DNA of 64,000 nucleotides, taken from an uncultured Agathobaculum sp. (lineage in GTDB: Bacteria > Bacillota > Clostridia > Oscillospirales > Butyricicoccaceae). The translations under genes and the position numbers were made by a program. The DNA lies in the NCBI GenBank assembly GCA_944380985.1, contig CALWJJ010000005.1:21648-85647 (forward strand). The letters run 5' to 3'. Below, piece by piece: positions 56,127 through 64,000 of this stretch (position 1 is the first letter of the stretch; each line of letters starts with the position of its first letter). The notes beneath the pieces were generated by a model. The model saw only the letters and a program-made list of their open reading frames with translations, was not told the origin of the DNA and searched no databases.

Positions 56127-56918
56127 ATGCGGCACACACATAGCCACAGCGTGCGCTCGGTTGACCACTTGGCGTATATTTCGGGCATGGGAGGCTGGAA
56201 CCCGGTGTTCAAAACTGTGCTCGCGCTTGGTACGCTAGCGCTGTGTCTCGCGGTCGACCGGGTCGTGGTCTCGGTCGCGGTGATTGTATCGCTTGCGGCG
56301 CTGCAACGGGTCAAAGGCGGCCTTGCGGTGCGCGATTACGCCGGCCTTATGCGCGTGCCGCTCGCCTTTGTGATGCTCGGCGGGCTTGCGATCGCGTGCG
56401 ACATATCGTCCACGCCCGCGGGCGACTGGAACCTGCCGCTCGGCTGGTTTTATGTGTGCGCGGGGGCGGACAGCGCGTACTTTGCGCTTGCGCTCGTGCT
56501 CAAGTCGCTTGGCGCGGTCAGCGCGCTTTACCTGCTCGCGCTGACGACGAGCGCGTGCGAATTTGTCGGCGTGCTGCGTCGGGCGCACCTGCCGCGGCTG
56601 CTGACCGAGCTGATGTATCTAATCTATCGCTTCATTTTTGTGCTGCTGGACACGCATGACCGTATGCGTACGGCTGCGGGCGCGCGGCTGGGCTGGCGGG
56701 ATTTCTGCACTGCATGCCGCTCGTTTGGCGGCACGGCGGCCGCGCTGCTGGTTGTTTCGCTGCGCAAGTCGCGTATCTATTACGACGCGATGGCCGCGCG
56801 CGGCTATGACGGCGCGCTGCGCTTTCTCGAGGAGGACAAGCCGTGGCGCGCAGCGCAGGTGGCGGGCATGGCGGCGTTTTGGGCCGCGCTTGCTTTGCTC
56901 GGCACAGTTACTGTATAG
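56127..56918 (+). CDS. cbiQ: Cobalt ECF transporter T component
   Basis: WNPVFK, LIYRFIFVLLD, AMAARGYDG motifs. Confidence 0.88.
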   Translation: MRHTHSHSVRSVDHLAYISGMGGWNPVFKTVLALGTLALCLAVDRVVVSVAVIVSLAALQRVKGGLAVRDYAGLMRVPLAFVMLGGLAIACDISSTPAGDWNLPLGWFYVCAGADSAYFALALVLKSLGAVSALYLLALTTSACEFVGVLRRAHLPRLLTELMYLIYRFIFVLLDTHDRMRTAAGARLGWRDFCTACRSFGGTAAALLVVSLRKSRIYYDAMAARGYDGALRFLEEDKPWRAAQVAGMAAFWAALALLGTVTV

Positions 56919-56934
56919 AGGGGAGGAAACGCCT

Positions 56935-57771
56935 GTGGCACAGCCTGTTTTGCAAGCAAAAGAGCTATATTTTTCCTACGACGGCCGGCAAGACGCACTT
57001 TCCGGCGCATCGCTTGATATTTACGCCGGTGAGCGCATCGCGGTGCTCGGCCCGAACGGGGCGGGCAAGTCGACCTTTTTTCTGTGCCTGACTGGTGTGC
57101 TCGCACCCGAGCGGGGCGTGATCGCGCTGGATGGCGCGCCGCTCCGTGACAAGGAGCGCCGGCGGCTGTGCGCGCGGGTAGGCATCGTATTCCAAAATGC
57201 GGATGATCAGATCGTTGCTTCGACCGTCGCGGGCGAGGTGTCTTTTGGTCCGATGAATCTGCGCCTGCCCAAAAAAGAGGTTGCGCGGCGGGTCGATTAC
57301 GCGCTTGATTACATGGCGCTGCAACCGCTGCGCGCGCGGCCGCCGCACGAGCTGTCCGGCGGAGAGAAAAAGCGCGTGACGATCGCGGACATCCTTGCGA
57401 TGGAGAGCGAAATCATACTGTTTGACGAGCCGGGCGCCTCGCTCGATCCTGCAGGCGGCGCGCGGCTCGAAGCCGTGCTGGACCGCCTGTCCGCCGAAAA
57501 GCGAACGCTTGTCATCTCGACGCACGACATGGATTTTGCCTTTCGCTGGGCAACGCGAGCGGTCGTGTTTGCGGGCGGCCGCGTTATTGCAGACGGCGCG
57601 CCCGAAAACGTGTTCCGTGACCGCGCCGCCATAGCGCGCGCGCAGCTCCGCCTGCCTGCGATGATGGAGGTGTTCGATCTGCTTTGCGCGCGCTCGATAA
57701 CGCCTGCCGGCGCGCGTTGTCCGCGCACACCGGCAGAGCTTGCAGCGCTGCTCAACGGTGCCGGCGCATAG
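56935..57771 (+). CDS. cbiO: Cobalt ECF transporter ATPase
   Basis: GPNGAGKS, VFQNADDQI, LSGGEKKRV, DEP, THD; GTG start after GGAGG. Confidence 0.9.
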   Translation: MAQPVLQAKELYFSYDGRQDALSGASLDIYAGERIAVLGPNGAGKSTFFLCLTGVLAPERGVIALDGAPLRDKERRRLCARVGIVFQNADDQIVASTVAGEVSFGPMNLRLPKKEVARRVDYALDYMALQPLRARPPHELSGGEKKRVTIADILAMESEIILFDEPGASLDPAGGARLEAVLDRLSAEKRTLVISTHDMDFAFRWATRAVVFAGGRVIADGAPENVFRDRAAIARAQLRLPAMMEVFDLLCARSITPAGARCPRTPAELAALLNGAGA

Positions 57772-57823
57772 CGTTTAGGGGTGCGTATCCCTCGGACGGA
57801 TACAAAATACATGCGCAACGCGG

Positions 57824-57851
57824 TTGACAGACCGGGGGCGTGTGATATAAT
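57824..57851 (+). promoter_or_regulatory. Sigma-A promoter of the cobalamin riboswitch leader
   Basis: TTGACA-16 bp-TATAAT with TG extension. Confidence 0.7.
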
Positions 57852-57882
57852 AAAGTTACTTCTTCTGGCAAAATGCCGGATA

Positions 57883-58050
57883 CAAAAAGGTGCCTGCCAG
57901 TTCTCCGGCAGGATAATAGGGAAAGAGGTGCAACTCCTCTGCGGTCCCGCCACTGTAAGGGAAGAGTCCGCGGTCAAGCGAATGGTCACTGGGAAACCGG
58001 GAAGACCGACCGGCGGGCGATGACGCCCAAGCCAGAAAACCTGCCTTTTT
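57883..58050 (+). ncRNA. Cobalamin (AdoCbl) riboswitch
   Basis: AGGT...AATAGGGAA..GGTGCAACTCC..GCGGTCCCGCCACTGT...CACTGGGAAACCGGGAAG...AAGCCAGAAAACCTGCC (B12 box). Confidence 0.95.
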
Positions 58051-58248
58051 GGATGGAAGTGCATACGGTCACGGGAGATGGCCGGTGTGCAGGGTGCGCC
58101 TTCCCCAAAATTAGGATAGGGGAGAGGTGTAGGCTGAACGCCGGTCCAGTGCATGGGAAAGCATCTGGATGCGGCGTTTTTTGTATTTTGGCGCGGGAAT
58201 AAGCCGTGCCATAGTGCCCCCTCCCAGGGCAAGGAAAGGAGAAAAAAT

Positions 58249-58995
58249 ATGTCAGAAAAGCAAAAAAAGCTCGTGCGTCTTTCGGTCTGTGCCGCGCTTA
58301 TGTGCGGTGCGCTGCCCGCTGCGGGCGCCATGCACATCATGGAGGGATTTCTGCCCCCGTCTGTGAGCATTATTTGGGGCGTGGTCGTGCTGCCCTTTTT
58401 GCTCGCAGGTTATTTTTCGATCAAACGAACGGTTGCGCGTGATCGTCGCTCGCTCACGCTGATCGCAATGGCGGGCGCGTTTATCTTCGTGATCTCGTCG
58501 CTTAAGATTCCGTCGGTCACCACCGGCTCTTGTTCACACATGACCGGCACCGGCCTCGGCGCGATCCTGTTCGGGCCGAGCGCGGTATCCATCCTGGGTC
58601 TGATCGTGCTGCTCTTCCAGGCCATCCTGCTGGCGCATGGCGGCCTGACCACGATAGGCGCAAACACTTTTTCCATGGCGGTTGCAGGACCGTTTGTTTC
58701 CTATGGCATCTATAAGCTGTGCCACAAGCTGAAAGTAAACAAAATGGTGTCTGTCTTTCTCGCCGCGGCGCTGGGCGACCTGCTCACCTACTGTGTGACC
58801 AGCGTGCAGCTAGCGCTCGCCTATCCGTCCGCCACGGGCGGCGTGATGGGCTCAGCAGTTGAGTTTCTGGGCGTGTTCGCGCCGACGCAGTTGCCGCTTG
58901 CGGTACTTGAGGGTGTGCTGACGGTTATCATTATGATTGCGCTTGAGTCCTATGCGCGGCCCGAGCTGCGCGCGGTCGGTTTTGAGGAGGCGTAA
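58249..58995 (+). CDS. cbiM: Cobalt ECF transporter S component CbiM (with N-terminal leader peptide)
   Basis: Signal-like leader then MHIMEGFLP; LKIPSVTTGSCSHMTG, LLAHGGLTT motifs. Confidence 0.93.
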   Translation: MSEKQKKLVRLSVCAALMCGALPAAGAMHIMEGFLPPSVSIIWGVVVLPFLLAGYFSIKRTVARDRRSLTLIAMAGAFIFVISSLKIPSVTTGSCSHMTGTGLGAILFGPSAVSILGLIVLLFQAILLAHGGLTTIGANTFSMAVAGPFVSYGIYKLCHKLKVNKMVSVFLAAALGDLLTYCVTSVQLALAYPSATGGVMGSAVEFLGVFAPTQLPLAVLEGVLTVIIMIALESYARPELRAVGFEEA

Positions 58996-58998
58996 AGT

Positions 58999-59331
58999 AT
59001 GACACGGAAAAATAAATGGATGATTGTGGTTTTACTTGTGCTGTGTGCGGCGCTGATCGTGACGCCGGTGCTCGCTCTGCGCGGCGCGGCGTTTGGCGGC
59101 TCGGACGACGCGGGCAGCGTCAAAGTGTCTGAGATCACGGGGGAGGCATATGAGCCGTGGTTTACCCCGGTGTTTGAGCAGATGCTCGGCGGCGAGCTGC
59201 CGGGCGAAATCGAAAGCCTGATATTCTGCGTACAGACCGGTATCGGCGTGGGTGTGATTGCGTTTCTGCTCGGCCGGCTGGTCGAGCGAAAAAAGCAGGA
59301 GAATCTGCGCGAGAGCCGGCAGGAGCAATAG
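58999..59331 (+). CDS. cbiN: Cobalt transport protein CbiN
   Basis: FGGSDD, YEPWFTP, GEIESLIFCVQ..IG motifs; 2 TM. Confidence 0.92.
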   Translation: MTRKNKWMIVVLLVLCAALIVTPVLALRGAAFGGSDDAGSVKVSEITGEAYEPWFTPVFEQMLGGELPGEIESLIFCVQTGIGVGVIAFLLGRLVERKKQENLRESRQEQ

Positions 59332-59397
59332 ATAAACCGGCATTTTAGGCCATGTGTGATGCAGATGCCCCAAGTAGCCGGAGAGGAGAGGCGCACA

Positions 59398-60534
59398 ATG
59401 CAAAGCGAAAATCTTGCCTATCACGGCGGTCAGGCGCTGCGCCGGGGCTGGACGACCGGCTCGTGTGCGGCGGCAGCCGCGCAGGCGGCGGCGATGCTGC
59501 TGCTGACTGGCAAAGCGCCCGCTGAGATCAGGCTGCAAACGCCGGGCGGTGTAACCTTTACCCTGCCGGTCGATGCGCCGCACATGCAGGACGGCGCGGC
59601 CGTCTGCACGGTTTACAAGGACGCGGGCGATGACCCGGACGTCACAGATGGCGTGGGCATTTCGGCGGCGGTCAGTCGTGCGGCAAAGGGCGTTTTGATC
59701 GACGGTGGCGCGGGCGTCGGACGGGTGACCCGGCCGGGGCTTGCCTTGCCGGTGGGCGCGGCGGCGATCAATCCAGCCCCGCGCGCGCAGATCACGGCGG
59801 CGGTCGAACGCGCAGCGCAGGCCTGCGGCTATACGGGCGGCTTTTCGGTCATCATTTCAGCCGAGAATGGACAGGCGCTTGCCGAGCAGACCTACAATAG
59901 CCATCTCGGTGTGGTCGGCGGGCTGTCCATCCTAGGCACGAGCGGCATTGTCGAGCCGATGAGCGAGAAAGCGCTGGTCGACACCATCCGCCTTGAGCTG
60001 GACAGCCTGTATGCTGCCGGACAGCGCATCGCCTTTCTCTGCCCGGGCAACTACGGCGCAGACTTTGCGCAAAGTGCACTCGGGCTTGATCTGGAAAAGG
60101 CGGTCAAGTGCTCCAACTTCATTGGAGAGGCGCTCGACCATGCGGTGTTTCGCGGCTTTGGCGATATTCTGCTGATCGGCCACGCGGGCAAGCTGGTCAA
60201 GCTTGCCGCAGGCGTGATGAACACGCATTCCTCGGTGGCCGACGCGCGGCAGGAGATCTTCACCGCGCACGCGGCGCTCGCCGGCGCGGGGCGCGAGACG
60301 CTCGAGGGGCTGATGCAGTCGATTTCGGCGGATGCATGCGTCGAGCTGCTCGACCGGGAAAATCTGCGCGGCCCCGTGATGGCGCGTATTGCAAGCCAAA
60401 TTGAAAAACGGCTCGCGCTTCGGCTGCGCAACCGCGTCAAGGTAGAGTTTATTCTGTTTACAGCCAAATATGGCATTTTGGCGCAGTCGCCCGGCGCGGC
60501 AGCGCTGTGTGAAAGATTGAGGGAAGAAAAATGA
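59398..60534 (+). CDS. cbiD: Cobalt-precorrin-5B C1-methyltransferase
   Basis: LRRGWTTGSCAAAAA, KDAGDDPDVT, GGLSILGTSGIVEP, GHAGKLVK. Confidence 0.95.
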   Translation: MQSENLAYHGGQALRRGWTTGSCAAAAAQAAAMLLLTGKAPAEIRLQTPGGVTFTLPVDAPHMQDGAAVCTVYKDAGDDPDVTDGVGISAAVSRAAKGVLIDGGAGVGRVTRPGLALPVGAAAINPAPRAQITAAVERAAQACGYTGGFSVIISAENGQALAEQTYNSHLGVVGGLSILGTSGIVEPMSEKALVDTIRLELDSLYAAGQRIAFLCPGNYGADFAQSALGLDLEKAVKCSNFIGEALDHAVFRGFGDILLIGHAGKLVKLAAGVMNTHSSVADARQEIFTAHAALAGAGRETLEGLMQSISADACVELLDRENLRGPVMARIASQIEKRLALRLRNRVKVEFILFTAKYGILAQSPGAAALCERLREEK

Positions 60535-61223
60535 GCAAAGCAAAATTGTACGGCGTTGGCGTTGGCCCGGGCGACCCGGAGCTGATGACCGCCAAGGCCA
60601 TCCGCGTCATCCGCGAGAGCGACGTGATCGCGGCGCCGCAATCGGGTGCGGGTGACCAAGCTGCGCTGACGATCGCGGCGGCATACATCGATGGCAAACC
60701 CGTGCTGCACTGCGATATGCCCATGACGCGCGACAAGGCTGCGCGCGATGAAAGCCACGAGCGCGCCGCAGACGAGATCTGCGCGCTGCTGGATGAGGGA
60801 AAGACAGTCGCGTTTTTAACGCTCGGCGACCCGACTGTGTATTCGACCTGCTGGTATGTAGCAAAGCGGGTCGCGGCGCGCGGGTATCAGACCGAGCTTG
60901 TGCCCGGCGTGCCGTCTTTCTGCGCGGCGGCGGCCGCGCTCGGCCGCGCTTTGTGTGAAGACGGCGAGATGCTGCACATCATTCCGGCCTCGCACGCTGG
61001 GGTGGATAAGGGCCTGGATCTGCCCGGCAGCAAAGTGCTGATGAAAGCGGGGCGGGCGATCCTGCAAGTGCGCGACAAGCTCGCCGCGCGCGGGCAGCTG
61101 CGGCATGCGGCGCTTGTTGAGCGCTGCGGCATGGAGGGCGAACGCATCGTGACCGATCTTGCCGCGATGGATGACCCCACCGGCTACTTTTCCATTATTC
61201 TGGTCAAGGAGGGGCAGGCATGA
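60531..61223 (+). CDS. cbiL: Cobalt-factor II / precorrin-2 C20-methyltransferase
   Basis: GVGVGPGDPELMT, TLGDPTVYST, PGVPSF, LMK, YFS motifs. Confidence 0.92.
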   Translation: MSKAKLYGVGVGPGDPELMTAKAIRVIRESDVIAAPQSGAGDQAALTIAAAYIDGKPVLHCDMPMTRDKAARDESHERAADEICALLDEGKTVAFLTLGDPTVYSTCWYVAKRVAARGYQTELVPGVPSFCAAAAALGRALCEDGEMLHIIPASHAGVDKGLDLPGSKVLMKAGRAILQVRDKLAARGQLRHAALVERCGMEGERIVTDLAAMDDPTGYFSIILVKEGQA

Positions 61224-61975
61224 TCTACTTTGTCGGTGCAGGCTCGGGTGCGCCCGATCTTATTACCGTGCGCGGCGCAAGGTTGCTTGGCGAGGCGGAT
61301 GTCATCGTCTATGCCGGCTCGCTGGTAAACCCCGCGCTTTTGGACTATAAAAAAGAGGGCTGCGCAGTCTACAACAGCGCCAAGATGACGCTTGAGGAGG
61401 TCATCGCAGTCATGGCGCCCGCGGCAAAAGAGGGCAAGACGGTTGTGCGTCTGCATACGGGCGATCCGTGTGTCTACGGCGCGCACCGCGAGCAGATGGA
61501 CGCGCTTGATAGGCTGGGGCTTGCCTATGAGGTCTGTCCGGGCGTATCCTCATTTTGCGGTGCGGCAGCGGCGCTGAGAGCCGAATACACGCTGCCAAAC
61601 GTCAGCCAGACGGTCATCCTCACCCGGATGGAGGGGCGCACCCCGGTGCCGGAAAAGGAGCAGATCGAGCTGCTTGCGTCGCACGGCGCGACCATGGTGA
61701 TTTTCCTGTCGGCGGGGCAGACGGAGCGGCTGTGCCAGCGGCTGATTGCGGGCGGCTATGCGCCGGAGACACCGGCAGCCATCGTCTACAAAGCGACATG
61801 GCCGGATGAAAAGGTCATTCTTACGACAATTGCGCAGCTGCCTGCGGCCGCCGCACGCGAGGGTATAACCAAAACCGCACTCATCACGGTCGGCGGTTTT
61901 CTCGGCGAAGAATATGAGCGATCAAGACTGTATGACCCGGCTTTTTCGACCGAATTTCGTGAGGCGAGCAAATGA
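61220..61975 (+). CDS. cbiF: Cobalt-precorrin-4 C11-methyltransferase
   Basis: VGAGSGAPDLITVRG, YAGSLV, RLHTGDP, PGVSSF, SRLYDP.F. Confidence 0.95.
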   Translation: MIYFVGAGSGAPDLITVRGARLLGEADVIVYAGSLVNPALLDYKKEGCAVYNSAKMTLEEVIAVMAPAAKEGKTVVRLHTGDPCVYGAHREQMDALDRLGLAYEVCPGVSSFCGAAAALRAEYTLPNVSQTVILTRMEGRTPVPEKEQIELLASHGATMVIFLSAGQTERLCQRLIAGGYAPETPAAIVYKATWPDEKVILTTIAQLPAAAAREGITKTALITVGGFLGEEYERSRLYDPAFSTEFREASK

Positions 61976-62994
61976 AGCACGCAAAGTTCGTGTCCTTTAC
62001 CGCGGTGGGCGCCGCGACTGCGGCAAAAGCGGCTGCGCTGCTGCCGGAATTCCTCTGTGAGCAGTACGCCCGCACGGTCGACCCTTCTCTTGCAGGCACA
62101 AAGCTTTCGCGCTTTGCCCAGCAGGCGATGGCCGACTGCGACCTTATCGTATTCGTGGGCGCGGCGGGCATTGCGGTGCGCGCGGTCGCGCCCTACCTGG
62201 CGGACAAGGCGCACGATCCCGCAGTCGTTGTGATCGACGAGGCGGGTCGGTTTGTCATCCCGGTGCTGTCCGGCCATCTCGGCGGCGCAAACGAGCTTGC
62301 CCAGCGGTTGGCGGATGGGCTTGGCGCGCAGGCGGTCGTGACCACCGCGACCGACGGGCGCGATGTATTCGCGGTCGACAGCTGGGCGGCCAAACACGGC
62401 TGCGCAGTGATCGACCCGGCGAACATCAAGCACGTTTCGGGCGCACTGCTGCGCGGCGAGATGGTTGGCCTGCGGTCGGACTTTCCGGTAGACGGGCAGC
62501 TGCCCGCGCATGTCAGCCTGGAGGGTGCGGCCAGAAGCGGTTTTGTGATCGGATTTGACAAGGCTGCCGCGCCCTTTGTACACACGCTGCATCTGGTGCC
62601 GCGCATTGTGCAGATCGGTATCGGCTGCCGTCGCGGCACGGGCGCGGATAAGATCGAGGCCGCCGTGTGCGAGGCGCTCGAGGCGGCAGGCGTGCCGCCC
62701 GAGGCCGTGCGGGGCGCCTCAAGCATCGATATAAAGAAAGACGAGCCGGGGCTTTTGCTGTTTTGTCAGACGCATGGCCTGACGCTTGCAACCTTTTCCG
62801 CAGAGACGCTGCGGCAGGCGCCGGGGGAATTTATCCCGTCGGCCTTTGTCCATGAGACTGTCGGCGTGGACAATGTGTGCGAGCGCGCGGCGGTGTGTGC
62901 TTTGCGCGGTGGCAGGCTGCTCTGCCGCAAGCGGGCGCGCGATGGCGTAACAGTCGCGCTGGCTTTGGCGGATTTTCGCGTGTCGTTTGCGTGA
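61972..62994 (+). CDS. cbiG: Cobalt-precorrin-5A hydrolase
   Basis: GAAGIAVR..AP...K..DPAVVV, LSGHLGGAN, TTATD, GIGCRRG, KKDEPG, NVCERAA. Confidence 0.93.
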   Translation: MKHAKFVSFTAVGAATAAKAAALLPEFLCEQYARTVDPSLAGTKLSRFAQQAMADCDLIVFVGAAGIAVRAVAPYLADKAHDPAVVVIDEAGRFVIPVLSGHLGGANELAQRLADGLGAQAVVTTATDGRDVFAVDSWAAKHGCAVIDPANIKHVSGALLRGEMVGLRSDFPVDGQLPAHVSLEGAARSGFVIGFDKAAAPFVHTLHLVPRIVQIGIGCRRGTGADKIEAAVCEALEAAGVPPEAVRGASSIDIKKDEPGLLLFCQTHGLTLATFSAETLRQAPGEFIPSAFVHETVGVDNVCERAAVCALRGGRLLCRKRARDGVTVALALADFRVSFA

Positions 62995-63024
62995 TGAGAG
63001 GATTTTTTCTGGAGGATTTCTGTT

Positions 63025-64000
63025 GTGAGCTTGTGTATGACAGGCATTGATTTTTTACATGCGCCAATAGAAAAGCGCGAGGCAATCTCGCTGGTGCGTG
63101 GGCAGGCGCAGGCGCTGCTGCCGCGTATTTACGAATCGGCGGGCGTTTCGGGCTGCGTACTGCTGGCGACCTGTAACCGCACTGAGCTGTATCTGCACAG
63201 CGCGGGAAATGCGGCATTTGATCCGCTTGCGGTGCTGGCCAGGGCGGCTGGGGTCGACGCGGCGCGATACCGCGATTGCAGCGTCACACGCACGGGCAAG
63301 GATGTGGTACGCCATCTGATGCGTGTGGCGGCCGGAATGGAAAGCCAGATCTTTGGCGACGATCAGATCGTCTCGCAGGTGGGGCACGCGGCCGCGCTTG
63401 CGCGTCAGGCCAAAACCGCGGACGGCGTGCTCGACACGCTGTTTCGCCGTGCGGTCACAGCGGGCAAGCGCGTGCGTACCGAGACAAGGCTGAATGCGGT
63501 GCCCGCCTCGGCGGCCGAGGTTGGCGTGCGGCGGGCGATGGCGTTTTTCGGCTCACTTGACGGTCTGCACGCGGTTGTGATCGGCAACGGAGAGATGGGC
63601 CGGCTTGCCGCCGCGACCCTGCGGGCGCAGGGCTGCGTGGTCACGGTGACGCTGCGCAGCTACCATCACGGTGAAACCGTCGTGCCGGCGGGCTGTGCCA
63701 CCTGGCCTTACGATACGCGGTGTGAGATACTTGACGGCGCCGACCTTGCGGTCAGCGCAACGGTCAGCCCGCACTTTACACTGACCGCCGGGCAGGTTGC
63801 GTCGATGAAAGCGCCGCCGCGTCTGCTGCTCGACCTCGCCATGCCGCGCGACATCGAGCAGGCCGTGGGTGCGGACGAGCGCGTCACCCTGCTCAACCTG
63901 GACGACCTGGGTGACCTCGGCGACCCGGACGCCGGCGCGCGCGCGCTCGCGCAGCGCATCCTCGAGGAGGAGGAGCAGGCGTTTTACGAGTGGTTTGGCT
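63025..64000 (+). CDS. hemA: Glutamyl-tRNA reductase, 3'-truncated by window edge (absent from the ORF track because no stop codon is reached)
   Basis: GTG after GGAGG; translation gives GIDFLHAPIEKRE, LATCNRTELY, GMESQIFGDDQI.SQV, IGNGEMG, SATVSPH, DLAMPRDI. Confidence 0.93.
   Translation, partial: MSLCMTGIDFLHAPIEKREAISLVRGQAQALLPRIYESAGVSGCVLLATCNRTELYLHSAGNAAFDPLAVLARAAGVDAARYRDCSVTRTGKDVVRHLMRVAAGMESQIFGDDQIVSQVGHAAALARQAKTADGVLDTLFRRAVTAGKRVRTETRLNAVPASAAEVGVRRAMAFFGSLDGLHAVVIGNGEMGRLAAATLRAQGCVVTVTLRSYHHGETVVPAGCATWPYDTRCEILDGADLAVSATVSPHFTLTAGQVASMKAPPRLLLDLAMPRDIEQAVGADERVTLLNLDDLGDLGDPDAGARALAQRILEEEEQAFYEWFG

Noticed and set aside
59398-64000. Apparent absence of cbiH/J/E/T/C/K from the cobalamin cluster
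   Set aside because: The cluster runs off the window end, so absence cannot be judged

Overview
64-kb chromosomal window from a GC-rich (roughly 60% by eye), spore-forming Clostridia-type Firmicute (spoIID, T-box, Firmicute-type SOS box). It is mostly housekeeping and metabolic DNA, with no integrase, transposase, phage block or CRISPR array. In order: a hexuronate catabolism operon (uxaC-uxuA-SDR-TRAP dctPQM-eda-kdgK); a GtrB/GT-C/GtrA-type glycosylation cassette; a SatP-like channel, MATE and LysR; an AT-rich islet (Xre pseudogene, GNAT) at the 3' end of tRNA-fMet; a two-component system, rsmI, a tRNA methylase, an MntR-like regulator and yaaA; aguA-aguB; an LRR / vWA / AAA-ATPase operon; a Trp T-box driving a stand-alone trpB2; spoIID back-to-back with a LexA-box two-gene operon; purB and nrdR; a secreted Cys-rich peptide / ECF sigma / RsgI-like anti-sigma operon; uraA with a PyrR-type attenuator; rnr, an SDR, ttcA, a Zn/Cd P1B-ATPase and an EamA transporter; tRNA-Asn/Trp/Thr; an Fe-ADH, iscS-iscU and mfd; a nitrite/sulfite reductase; and an anaerobic cobalamin cluster (cbiQO, B12 riboswitch, cbiMN-D-L-F-G, hemA running off the end). 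Best candidates for undescribed systems: (1) the peptide / ECF sigma / RsgI-domain anti-sigma triad at 35.2-36.8 kb, (2) the SOS-box-controlled small operon encoding a stand-alone sigma-region-4 protein at 31.2-31.8 kb, and (3) the LRR-vWA-AAA operon at 24.3-28.1 kb. All family assignments come from motif recognition by eye; no database searches were run.
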